Source of the DNA: Alphaproteobacteria bacterium
GTDB lineage: Bacteria; Pseudomonadota; Alphaproteobacteria; Rs-D84
Assembly: GCA_017522445.1 (NCBI GenBank)
Contig: JAFWZK010000058.1
Coordinates: 2,281 to 66,280 of the forward strand
Direction: 5' to 3'
Length of the DNA: 64,000 nt
The notes under the pieces are model-generated. The model was not told where the DNA came from and did no database searches. It worked only from the letters and a program-made list of their open reading frames with translations. Position 1 is the first letter of the stretch. The number at the start of each line of letters is the position of its first letter. Shown here piece by piece: positions 9,618-17,864 of this stretch. Position numbers and translations under genes: made by a program.

Positions 9618-10178
9618 CTAGACAGCCATGATGTCTGCTTCTTTTTCACGTGCCAGGGCATCAACCTCGGTCCCACGTTTGTCAAACACCTTTTGAATAT
9701 CGTCTTCGTATTTGCGCTGATCATCTTCGGAAATTTCTTTGTCGGCGACGGCACGTTTAATCTTGCCCATGGCATCTTGGCGAATATTACGCATGGAAAT
9801 CTTGGCCTCTTCGGCATATTTACCGGCAACCTTGGTCAATTCACGACGGCGTTCTTCGGTCAAAGGCGGCATGTTCAGACGAATTACACCACCCGCAGTC
9901 ATCGGATTTAACCCCAGACCAGAATCACGTATTGCCTTTTCAACAGCAGGCGCATTTGTTATATCCCAAACCGTCACAGATAATGTCTGATTGTCCGGTG
10001 TTGATACCGTTGCAACCTGGTTGATTGGCATTTCAGAGCCATAAACAGGTACACGAATTGCATCCAATAAATGAACAGATGCACGACCAGTGCGTAAACC
10101 TGCATATTCTGTCTTTAGAACTTCGATTGTTTGGGCGGTTTTCTGCTCGACTTCGGACTTTAATAACGAATAATCCAT
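9618..10178 (-). CDS. frr: ribosome recycling factor
   Basis: Full-length RRF pattern (LDAIRVPVYGSEMPINQVA ... PPLTEERRREL). Start refined to MDYSLL. Confidence 0.93.
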   Translation of the reverse strand: MDYSLLKSEVEQKTAQTIEVLKTEYAGLRTGRASVHLLDAIRVPVYGSEMPINQVATVSTPDNQTLSVTVWDITNAPAVEKAIRDSGLGLNPMTAGGVIRLNMPPLTEERRRELTKVAGKYAEEAKISMRNIRQDAMGKIKRAVADKEISEDDQRKYEDDIQKVFDKRGTEVDALAREKEADIMAV

Positions 10179-10256
10179 AATAAACACTCCTTGTTATATA
10201 CGCAGAGATTAGCAAATAGAAATATTATTTATCAAGTGGAAAGATAAAAAAGTTTT

Positions 10257-10308
10257 CCGAACCGCCCAAAATTAAAAATCCCGCAAACGCGGGATTTGTT
10301 AATGGGGC
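10257..10308. repeat. 52-bp direct repeat, left copy. Identical to 12062-12113, which spans the 3' tip of tRNA-His, its terminator and flanking sequence.
   Basis: CCGAACCGCCCAAAATTAAAAATCCCGCAAACGCGGGATTTGTTAATGGGGC is present identically at both positions. Confidence 0.9.
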
Positions 10309-10403
10309 CCCGAATTTGACACGGTTCTACCCGAAAATATACAACAAGTGCTTGATTTAGGCCCGTTGTTGAACGAGATATTAGCAGAAATTGAAACAGC
10401 AAG

Positions 10404-10901
10404 TTAGTACTTTACTTCATTTAATATTTTCCAAAATTCTGGGACGTTCTTTGGTGCCATTCCGTTCAGCAGTTGCACCGATGCGATTGAGCCAAATGGC
10501 GCATAAAAACCTTCGTCAAAATCATAGTATTTGCGGATACAGTTGTTTATCGCAACATCTATATCCGCCATTGACATATGTATCATCAAATCCCATACCC
10601 GTTCCAATATCTCGTCATACTTGTAATCACTAAATCTGTAATTATCCCAAAAATAATACAATATTTGTTCTGCCTGTGCATAACTCAAATCTTTGATATG
10701 TTCTGGGAAATTAAAACGTGGATGGGCCGCCCGATACATATCCAGTTTTTCCTGATTCACAGCGTATGCATTTATAAGTGCAGGGTTAGTTCTTTTATTA
10801 GCTGTTTCATATTCAATGATTTTATCAATCCAAGTGTCGATTGGATGCCCCCATGAAACCACAGGAATCAATAAAGTCAATAAAATCACCATCTTTTTCA
10901 T
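10404..10901 (-). CDS. secreted paralogue of the GH108-like domain of the upstream gene
   Basis: Signal peptide MKKMVILLTLLIPVVSWG. NPALI...HPRFNFPEHIKDLSYAQAEQI aligns with NPALI...HPNFNFPENVKDLSPEQVQQI of the 10934-11791 product. EGG is replaced by ETA. Confidence 0.6.
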   Translation of the reverse strand: MKKMVILLTLLIPVVSWGHPIDTWIDKIIEYETANKRTNPALINAYAVNQEKLDMYRAAHPRFNFPEHIKDLSYAQAEQILYYFWDNYRFSDYKYDEILERVWDLMIHMSMADIDVAINNCIRKYYDFDEGFYAPFGSIASVQLLNGMAPKNVPEFWKILNEVKY

Positions 10902-10933
10902 ACTGGCATTATTACAAATCAGATAATAAAAAA

Positions 10934-11791
10934 TCAATATCTATTTGTACGATTTGCCCAACCATCACCATATTTTCCCCAATCCGGCAGTCTCTGCAAA
11001 TATTCTAATCTGTTTTCTTTTAAGTCATCCATAAATTTATCGACTTTATTTTCTGGGATATTATTTAGTGCCCCAATTGTATTATTTCCAATCTTTCCAT
11101 CCACTTTCAAACTTTCACCCATTGAATCATTTAATGTTTCTTGAACCATTTTTCCTACGTTTCTAAAATTACTCATAAGTCCCATATCAAATATCGCCAT
11201 TGCAATTCTTTCGTTTTCAATTTCTCCTATACGGCGTTCATCATAATAATCCTCATTATATATTTGCTGCACTTGTTCAGGGCTTAAATCTTTTACATTT
11301 TCTGGGAAATTAAAATTTGGGTGGTCAGCATTATATTTATCCAATGTGGGTTGTGTTACGCCTATGTTTGTTGGTTGGTCTATTAAAGCAGGATTGTCAA
11401 CATATCCGCCCTCGTTTTTCATTCCCTGGCGGACTATTCTAGTTCGTCTTTCATCATTATTTAGCTCATCGCTATCATCTAATTCTATTTCTTCTATCCA
11501 ACAACGACAATTGGGGTGGTGAGGATTTTCTGGTATATCTTCCATATTTTCATAAATTGTATCAGCAAAATCCAAACAATCATCACACGTCCGCTCGTCT
11601 ACTTCTGTATGCCACCGCCATGCGGTTCTGACTGTAATATTACGCCCCGTTGCATCTGTACGACTGTTACCATATTTATTTTCAAAATAATCTTGTACCT
11701 GTTTGGCGACAGCAGCATGGTTGGGATTATTGCTGTTTGAATATGCGTCGCTGTGCATAAGGTTTAGTATATTGTTTGATAATTTGTTCAT
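10934..11791 (-). CDS. fusion of a MuF/SPP1-gp7-like head-morphogenesis domain to a GH108-type lysozyme with a PG_binding_3-like C-terminus
   Basis: WRWHTEVDERTCDDCLDFADTIYE...PHHPNCRCW is the MuF-type motif. NEGGYVDNP plus VDGKIGNNTIGAL...GWANR is the GH108/peptidoglycan-binding pattern. Start refined to MNKLSN (ATG 11791) behind AAAAGGA. Confidence 0.65.
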   Translation of the reverse strand: MNKLSNNILNLMHSDAYSNSNNPNHAAVAKQVQDYFENKYGNSRTDATGRNITVRTAWRWHTEVDERTCDDCLDFADTIYENMEDIPENPHHPNCRCWIEEIELDDSDELNNDERRTRIVRQGMKNEGGYVDNPALIDQPTNIGVTQPTLDKYNADHPNFNFPENVKDLSPEQVQQIYNEDYYDERRIGEIENERIAMAIFDMGLMSNFRNVGKMVQETLNDSMGESLKVDGKIGNNTIGALNNIPENKVDKFMDDLKENRLEYLQRLPDWGKYGDGWANRTNRY

Positions 11792-11807
11792 GTTTAATCC
11801 TTTTGGT

Positions 11808-11830
11808 AAAAAAACACCCGCGTGTGCGGG
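11808..11830 (-). terminator. leader terminator 2 upstream of the MuF-lysozyme gene
   Basis: On the minus strand: CCCGC-ACAC-GCGGG then TGTTTTTT, about 15 nt before the RBS. Confidence 0.6.
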
Positions 11831-11834
11831 CAAT

Positions 11835-11858
11835 AAAAAAAGACGACCCAATGTCGTC
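11835..11858 (-). terminator. leader terminator 1 upstream of the MuF-lysozyme gene
   Basis: On the minus strand: GACGAC-ATTGG-GTCGTC then TTTTTTT, a few nt after the predicted start site. Confidence 0.6.
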
Positions 11859-11872
11859 CGCTGAATGTGCGT

Positions 11873-11901
11873 ATTATATCATAAAATGTGCAAAAAATCA
11901 A
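11873..11901 (-). promoter_or_regulatory. sigma70-type promoter
   Basis: On the minus strand: TTGATT, a 17-nt spacer, then TATAAT. Confidence 0.55.
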
Positions 11902-11929
11902 TAAAAAACGCCCCAGATGGGACGTTTGA

Positions 11930-11949
11930 TAATGGGGCGGATAACCGGA
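11930..11949. repeat. 20-bp partial copy of the tRNA-His 3' end (identical to 12105-12124)
   Basis: TAATGGGGCGGATAACCGGA occurs at both positions. Confidence 0.8.
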
Positions 11950-12061
11950 TTGTATATTCCCATTTGCGGTGCGTCACCGCAATGGGCCCCTTTCCACACG
12001 CAACGGTTTCGCTGCACTTCGTTTGCAAAACCGGCTATCGTGTCGAACCTGCGGTTCTCGC

Positions 12062-12113
12062 CCGAACCGCCCAAAATTAAAAATCCCGCAAACGCGGGAT
12101 TTGTTAATGGGGC
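12062..12113. repeat. 52-bp direct repeat, right copy (overlaps the tRNA-His 3' end and its terminator)
   Basis: Identical to 10257-10308. Confidence 0.9.
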
Positions 12114-12185
12114 GGATAACCGGACTCGAACCGGCGACATTTGGTACCACAAACCAACGCTCTAACCAACTGAGCTATATCCGCC
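12108..12185 (-). tRNA. tRNA-His (GUG)
   Basis: Hand-folded cloverleaf GGCGGATATAGCTCAGTTGGTTAGAGC...TTGTGGT anticodon loop...GGTTCGAGTCC...TATCCGCCCCA. G-1 and C73 are encoded, and CCA is encoded. Confidence 0.9.
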
Positions 12186-12196
12186 ATACTGAATCT

Positions 12197-12270
12197 TGTC
12201 CGTACCACTTCGCCAAGGCTTCGTGGTACACTCAAATTCTCAACGCTCGCAAAGCTTGCTTGAGAATTTG
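12197..12270 (-). ncRNA. two-hairpin module immediately 3' of tRNA-Ala (homologous to 44936-45010)
   Basis: Stems GTACCAC/GTGGTAC around loop TTCGCCAAGGCTTC, plus CAAATTCTCAA/TTGAGAATTTG. The same layout with compensatory stem changes occurs 3' of tRNA-Leu. Confidence 0.45.
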
Positions 12271-12344
12271 GTGGAGCTGATCGGACTCGAACCGACGACC
12301 CCTTGCATGCCATGCAAGTGCTCTACCAACTGAGCTACAACCCC
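12269..12344 (-). tRNA. tRNA-Ala (GGC)
   Basis: GGGGTTGTAGCTCAGTTGGTAGAGC...ATGGCAT anticodon loop...GGTTCGAGTCC...CAGCTCCACCA. The G3:U70 identity pair is present. Confidence 0.9.
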
Positions 12345-12442
12345 ATGCAGGCCTTTATTTTATACCCAGGGGATTGAAAAGTCAACAAATATTCATAAAA
12401 AAATATATCTGTTGAATAACTGTCGTTTTTTTACTAAATTTT

Positions 12443-14506
12443 ATGGTGATGAAACGTGAATTGGTGGATTTTCTGAATACTGACCTGCAATTTATTCGGG
12501 GGGTGGGACCGGTATTGGCCGCACGGTTGGACGATGTGCTGGGCGGACGCAGGGTGTTGGATTTCTTAAAACACAGACCGTCTTATGTTCGGGCACGGGA
12601 TATTTCTGACAGCGTTTTGGACGCAACCCCAGGATGTACCATTACCATTCCACTGAATATCAAATCGCACAGGCGCGGGACGGTGTTCCGTGGACGCAGA
12701 CGACCAACACAAATTATCTGTGCCGACAGATTGAATAACACCGTTATTATCCAGTTCTTTAATGCAAACTTCCTGGATTATTGGTTGAAAAAAATGCCGG
12801 TCGGGTCATGGCGTATGGTTTCAGGAAAACTGGAAAAATCATCACGACCAACAATTAATCATCCGGACTTTATCGAAGAAATCGAAAACGCAAATAAAAT
12901 TCCAACCGCACAGGTCATCTATCCCGCAGGCGAAGGATTAACACAAAAGGTCTTTACAAATATTCGTGACCAGGTCTTTGCAACCCTGCCCGATAAACTG
13001 CGGGGCGAAACAGATGAACGAATAATCGAATTCTGCGAAGCACTGTATCGCGTGCATCATGCAAAATCTGATGCAGACCTGATGCCAAATGCAACATATA
13101 TGGCCAAGTTGGCGTACTGTGAATTACTGGCCCACCAATCCGCAATCGCAATCAGCAGAAAAAACAGGACTGATGTACGAAATCGCCGTGTGCCACGGGG
13201 CAAAAAATACGAACTGATGGAACGGTTCTGGCAAAATATCCCGTTCCAAATGACAAACGCACAACAAAATACATGCAATGATATCTTTGCCGATATGCAA
13301 AAAGATATTCCGATGATGCGACTGGTCCAGGGTGATGTAGGCAGTGGAAAAACAATTGTCGCAATGGCGGCGGCAATTAAAATGGCAGAATCCGGGGGAC
13401 AGACCGCACTGTTGGCACCAACAGATACACTGGCACAACAACACTTTGCCAAGTTAAAGCCACTGTGTGATAAAATCGGTGTCGTTTGCGAATGTCTGAC
13501 CGGACGAGATAAAGGTGTCGCACGGCGTGAAAAACTGATATCGCTGAAATCAGGACGGACACGGGTCGCAATTGGCACACATGCACTGTTTTCAGCAGAC
13601 GTAGAATACAAGGACTTGGGACTGGTTATCATTGACGAACAACACAGATTTGGTGTCGCACAACGCGAAGCGTTGCGTGCCAAGGGAAATAACCCCGATT
13701 TGTTGGCACTGTCGGCAACGCCAATCCCACGAACACTGTCGATGACAGTATATGGCGATATGGATGTGTCAATCATAAATGAAAAACCCGCCGGCAGAAA
13801 GCCAATTATAACAACAAAAATCCCAAAATTGCGGGTCAATGAACTGATGGAACGTATCAGACCCCAGGTTAATGCCGGGGCAAAAGTGTTTTGGGTTTGC
13901 CCGCTGGTCGAGGAATCTGAAAACGATAATGCAACAACCGCCGCAGAAGAAAGATTTGAATCTGTACAACAGCAATTTCCAGGTGCCGGGTTGGTCCACG
14001 GACAGATGGATAAAAAAGAACGTGATGCAGTTATGGAAAAATTCGCCGATGATAATTCAGGGATGCAAATACTGGTCGCAACAACTGTTATCGAGGTCGG
14101 AATTGACGTGCCACAGGCATCCATCATCGTAATCGAAAATGCAGAACGGTTCGGACTGGCCGCACTGCACCAACTGCGGGGACGTGTCGGACGCGGCAAT
14201 ACACAATCGTACTGCGTTTTGGTGTACGGATTTAATGTGTCCGAGGACGGATTAAAAAGACTGGATGTGCTGTGCGAAACAGATGATGGATTTGTTATTG
14301 CAGAACAAGACCTGATGATGCGGGGCGTGGGTGAATTACTGGGGACACGGCAAAGCGGTTGGATGCGATATCATTTCGTAGACTGGCGCGAACATCGTGA
14401 TTTGTTCAAACTGGCCGCAAATGCCGCACGAAATAACAGCACCGACAATTCATGGGTACGGGATTTGATGTTCATATTCGATCGGGGGGTGGTACTGGGT
14501 GCGTAA
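12443..14506 (+). CDS. recG: ATP-dependent DNA helicase RecG
   Basis: GDVGSGKT and DEQHRFG motifs, a wedge-domain N-terminus, 687 aa. Confidence 0.92.
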   Translation: MVMKRELVDFLNTDLQFIRGVGPVLAARLDDVLGGRRVLDFLKHRPSYVRARDISDSVLDATPGCTITIPLNIKSHRRGTVFRGRRRPTQIICADRLNNTVIIQFFNANFLDYWLKKMPVGSWRMVSGKLEKSSRPTINHPDFIEEIENANKIPTAQVIYPAGEGLTQKVFTNIRDQVFATLPDKLRGETDERIIEFCEALYRVHHAKSDADLMPNATYMAKLAYCELLAHQSAIAISRKNRTDVRNRRVPRGKKYELMERFWQNIPFQMTNAQQNTCNDIFADMQKDIPMMRLVQGDVGSGKTIVAMAAAIKMAESGGQTALLAPTDTLAQQHFAKLKPLCDKIGVVCECLTGRDKGVARREKLISLKSGRTRVAIGTHALFSADVEYKDLGLVIIDEQHRFGVAQREALRAKGNNPDLLALSATPIPRTLSMTVYGDMDVSIINEKPAGRKPIITTKIPKLRVNELMERIRPQVNAGAKVFWVCPLVEESENDNATTAAEERFESVQQQFPGAGLVHGQMDKKERDAVMEKFADDNSGMQILVATTVIEVGIDVPQASIIVIENAERFGLAALHQLRGRVGRGNTQSYCVLVYGFNVSEDGLKRLDVLCETDDGFVIAEQDLMMRGVGELLGTRQSGWMRYHFVDWREHRDLFKLAANAARNNSTDNSWVRDLMFIFDRGVVLGA

Positions 14507-15785
14507 GATATTGGTAATCTTGGTCGGAATATTGATGGCATTGCCAGGGTATGGGGCATCGCTGATTAATGACACAGAAACGGAACGGCTGCTGAATAAA
14601 CTGATTCAGCCATTGGCAGATGCCGCAAATATCCCAGATGGACGACTGAAAATTCATATCGTTGATGATAATGATTTTAATGCATTTGTCACAGGGGGCG
14701 AAGACGTCTATGTTTATACAGGACTGTTGAAACAAATAAAAAGCCCAAATGCATTCCAGGCCGTTATCGCACACGAAATGGCACATACAATCGGGGGACA
14801 CATGGCACAGATGGCCGACCGTATGGACGCAGAAATGAAACGTACCATGTTAATCCAGGCGTTGGGGGTGGGACTGATGGTGGCGGGGGGAAATCCGTCA
14901 CTGGGGGCCGGGGTGCTGGCGGGTTCTGGTGGTGTGGCCCGGCAATCAATGCTGGCATTTACGCGGGACGAAGAACGTATCGCAGATGATTTGGGGGTAA
15001 AACTGATGATGGATGCGGGGTTGAACCCAAACGGATTTGTTGATGTGCTGGAACAAATGCAGGAAATCACAGGTGCCGCAGAATCAAAAATTAATCCAAA
15101 TATGGTTAATCACCCACTGACCACAGAACGACTGAATAATGTACGGGAAAAAATAAAACATCTGGACATAAAAAAATCAAAAACACAATATGATGATGAA
15201 TTCAAACTGGTACAGGCAAAACTGGTCGGGTATCTGGATGATTTGCAACGGGTGCGGGAACTGTATCCAAATACAGATAAATCTGATGCAGGTTTGTATG
15301 CACGGGCAATCGCAAATATGCGGGGCGGAAACCTGGACGGGGCAAAAATGGGGGTTCAGACCTTGATTGCACGAAATCCAAACAATCCATATTTCTATGA
15401 ACTGATGGGGGATATTGAATATCAGTTTGGACACTTTGATGACAGTGTCGCGGCATATGAAAAATCATTAGCACTGGCGGGAAATGCACCACAGATTCAA
15501 ACCGCGTTGGCGTTGGTTTTAACCGAAAGAAACAAGCCAGGCGATACACAACAGGCAATCGAACTGTGCAAACGGTCAATCCTGGGTGAACCGGCACCAT
15601 TAACATACTGGGTTATGGGACGGGCGTACGGCGAAGATGACCCCGGACGGTCTGCGTGGGCAATGGCAGAATACTATAACCTGATTGGCAAGGATGACCA
15701 GGTAAAAAAATATGCCAAAATCGCACAGAAAAAACTGAAAAAAAACGACCCTGAATACATCAAGGCCGGTGATTTATTAAACTGA
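14499..15785 (+). CDS. M48 family metalloprotease with C-terminal TPR region (BepA/YfgC-like)
   Basis: Signal peptide, HEMAHTIGGH zinc motif and a TPR-like C-terminus. The GTG start overlaps the recG stop. Confidence 0.8.
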   Translation: MRKILVILVGILMALPGYGASLINDTETERLLNKLIQPLADAANIPDGRLKIHIVDDNDFNAFVTGGEDVYVYTGLLKQIKSPNAFQAVIAHEMAHTIGGHMAQMADRMDAEMKRTMLIQALGVGLMVAGGNPSLGAGVLAGSGGVARQSMLAFTRDEERIADDLGVKLMMDAGLNPNGFVDVLEQMQEITGAAESKINPNMVNHPLTTERLNNVREKIKHLDIKKSKTQYDDEFKLVQAKLVGYLDDLQRVRELYPNTDKSDAGLYARAIANMRGGNLDGAKMGVQTLIARNPNNPYFYELMGDIEYQFGHFDDSVAAYEKSLALAGNAPQIQTALALVLTERNKPGDTQQAIELCKRSILGEPAPLTYWVMGRAYGEDDPGRSAWAMAEYYNLIGKDDQVKKYAKIAQKKLKKNDPEYIKAGDLLN

Positions 15786-15796
15786 AAAAATCCACC

Positions 15797-16513
15797 CTAG
15801 TCCAAAACCTGGTTCTGCAAATCTGTTAATTTCCGGCATGCGGTTTGGGCCATGGCCATCAGTTCGGTTAACTGGGACGCGGTAAATGGATGCTGTTCGC
15901 CAGTGGCCTGGATTTCGATGAAATCGCCAGAACCAGAAACAACAAAATTTGAATCCAGTTCCGCTTCGCAGTCTTCGTCATAGTCCAGGTCCAATACCAA
16001 TTCACCATGCCACAAGCCCGCAGATACCGCCACAACATTGTCAGATATCGGATTTTCATGTATCCGACCATTCGCCAACAGCCAACGTACCGCCAATGAC
16101 AATGCAACAAAACCACCCGTTATGCTGGCACAGCGGGTGCCACCATCGCCCTGTAACACATCGCAGTCAATCGTTATCGTATGCCGCCCCAGTTTTTCCA
16201 TATCAACAACACTGCGAAGCGAACGGCCAATCAGACGTGAAATTTCAATCGCACGATTGTCGCGGGTCATGGCTTCGTGGCCACGGCGGGTACCATTGGC
16301 ACGGGGCAACATAGAATATTCCGCAGTTACCCAACCACCCGTTTTGTTCTGAATCCGTTTCCAGGTTGGCTGACTGAAATCAATCGATGCGGTACACAAT
16401 ACGTGCGTGCCGCCAATCTTTATCAAACAGGACCCTTCGGCCCATTTGTTAACCCCCGTTTCCATTGATACAGGACGCATTTGGTTCGATTTGCGCAATG
16501 ATGGACGTAACAT
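15797..16513 (-). CDS. rph: ribonuclease PH
   Basis: MRPVS..GVNKWAEGSCLIKIGGTHVLCTAS and DCDVLQGDGGTRCASITG motifs. Confidence 0.93.
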   Translation of the reverse strand: MLRPSLRKSNQMRPVSMETGVNKWAEGSCLIKIGGTHVLCTASIDFSQPTWKRIQNKTGGWVTAEYSMLPRANGTRRGHEAMTRDNRAIEISRLIGRSLRSVVDMEKLGRHTITIDCDVLQGDGGTRCASITGGFVALSLAVRWLLANGRIHENPISDNVVAVSAGLWHGELVLDLDYDEDCEAELDSNFVVSGSGDFIEIQATGEQHPFTASQLTELMAMAQTACRKLTDLQNQVLD

Positions 16514-16635
16514 TTTTATTCCCTTTGGTTATTATTTTTACTGATTATATATATGTGTATGTTTTTTGCAATCTGTTTTGATGGTTGCTTTTTATTTCAA
16601 ATGTTGCTAACCTGGGACCCGTCAAAAGGATTTTT

Positions 16636-17658
16636 ATGTCAGTACGGACAAAGCGCCTGATTAAAAAAATTATCAGTTATTCAGGTATTTTCTTTTTCAT
16701 CGTCGCCGCAGGTATGCTGTGGTGGCAGTTACGAGATTACAGCTTGTCGGATATCGCACATGCAATACTGGATATACCGTTTTTGAATCTGGCGATGGCA
16801 TGTGTGGCATGCCTGTTGGGATATTTGGCACTGTCGTTATACGACTATTTGGCGTTGAACTATGTCGGCGGACGGGTGTCATGGTGGAAATGGATGCTGG
16901 CCGGGATGCTGGGGTTTGCAATCAGCAATAACGCAGGACACGCAGTCGTCAGTGGTGGTGCAATTCGATACAGATTATATACACGGTGGCGTATCCGGGG
17001 TGGCGATATTTTGAAAATGCTGACAATTTCAGGTTTTACATATTTCCTGGGGGCGTCCGCAATCGTGGTTATCAGCTATTTCTTGGTACCACATCAGCTG
17101 TTCGAAGGGTCTGTGGGGGCCAGCGTGGGAATAAATGCACTGTTTATATTCTGTTTGGCGGCACTGTTGGCATACTTTGCATCGACAATTATATTTTATG
17201 GCAAAAGTATTAAAATTGGTGAAATAAAATTCCAAATCCCATCAACAAAAATGGCATTTACACAAACAATCCTGGGAATTACAGACAGTGTACTGGCAGG
17301 GCTGGTGTTGTATTGCTGTCTGGTGCCATTTGTGCAGATTCCGTTCGTTGTGTTTATCGGACTGTTCGCAATCGCACAATCAACCGGTGTGTTCAGCCAG
17401 GTACCAGGTGGTATCGGCGTGTTCGAAAGTGTGTTCTTAATCGCCCTGCCCGATACCGTGGACAAGGCAAATATTTTCGGGGCACTGTTGGCATATCGGA
17501 TAATTTACTATGTGTTCCCACTTATCGGAATGGGCGGCCTGTTCGTGGTTTATGAACGATGGTTGCGTTCGCGCATGAAGCGTTGGATTAACGAGGCAAA
17601 AGAAAAAATCCCAGCAAAAATCAAAAGCATAAAATCTGAAATAAAAATCAGAAAATAA
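16636..17658 (+). CDS. UPF0104 / lysylphosphatidylglycerol-synthase-TM-region family membrane protein
   Basis: Polytopic protein with the family-typical PGGIGVFE motif. Start refined to MSVRTKRL behind AAAGGA. Confidence 0.7.
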   Translation: MSVRTKRLIKKIISYSGIFFFIVAAGMLWWQLRDYSLSDIAHAILDIPFLNLAMACVACLLGYLALSLYDYLALNYVGGRVSWWKWMLAGMLGFAISNNAGHAVVSGGAIRYRLYTRWRIRGGDILKMLTISGFTYFLGASAIVVISYFLVPHQLFEGSVGASVGINALFIFCLAALLAYFASTIIFYGKSIKIGEIKFQIPSTKMAFTQTILGITDSVLAGLVLYCCLVPFVQIPFVVFIGLFAIAQSTGVFSQVPGGIGVFESVFLIALPDTVDKANIFGALLAYRIIYYVFPLIGMGGLFVVYERWLRSRMKRWINEAKEKIPAKIKSIKSEIKIRK

Positions 17659-17864
17659 ATACCTTGATAAATCATATATGCTCGTGTTAAAATAGCCCCT
17701 GTGCATAATATAGGGTTATAAGTAAGTGTTTGTATTATCACTGTTTTCAACAATCCGATTGGTGCTGATGATTATCGTGGCACAATCCCTTGGCATGGGC
17801 ATGGACGCCCCATGGGGACGGAATGTTGCCGTTATATGCACCCGCAAAACAAAAGGATTATTAT

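Noticed and set aside
13057-14199. 380-aa minus-strand ORF (with nested 106-, 74- and 69-aa ORFs) antisense to recG
   Set aside because: It lies entirely inside a well-supported recG. Its sequence is Ser/Ala/Cys/Pro-rich and low-complexity, as is typical of antisense frames, and it has no RBS.
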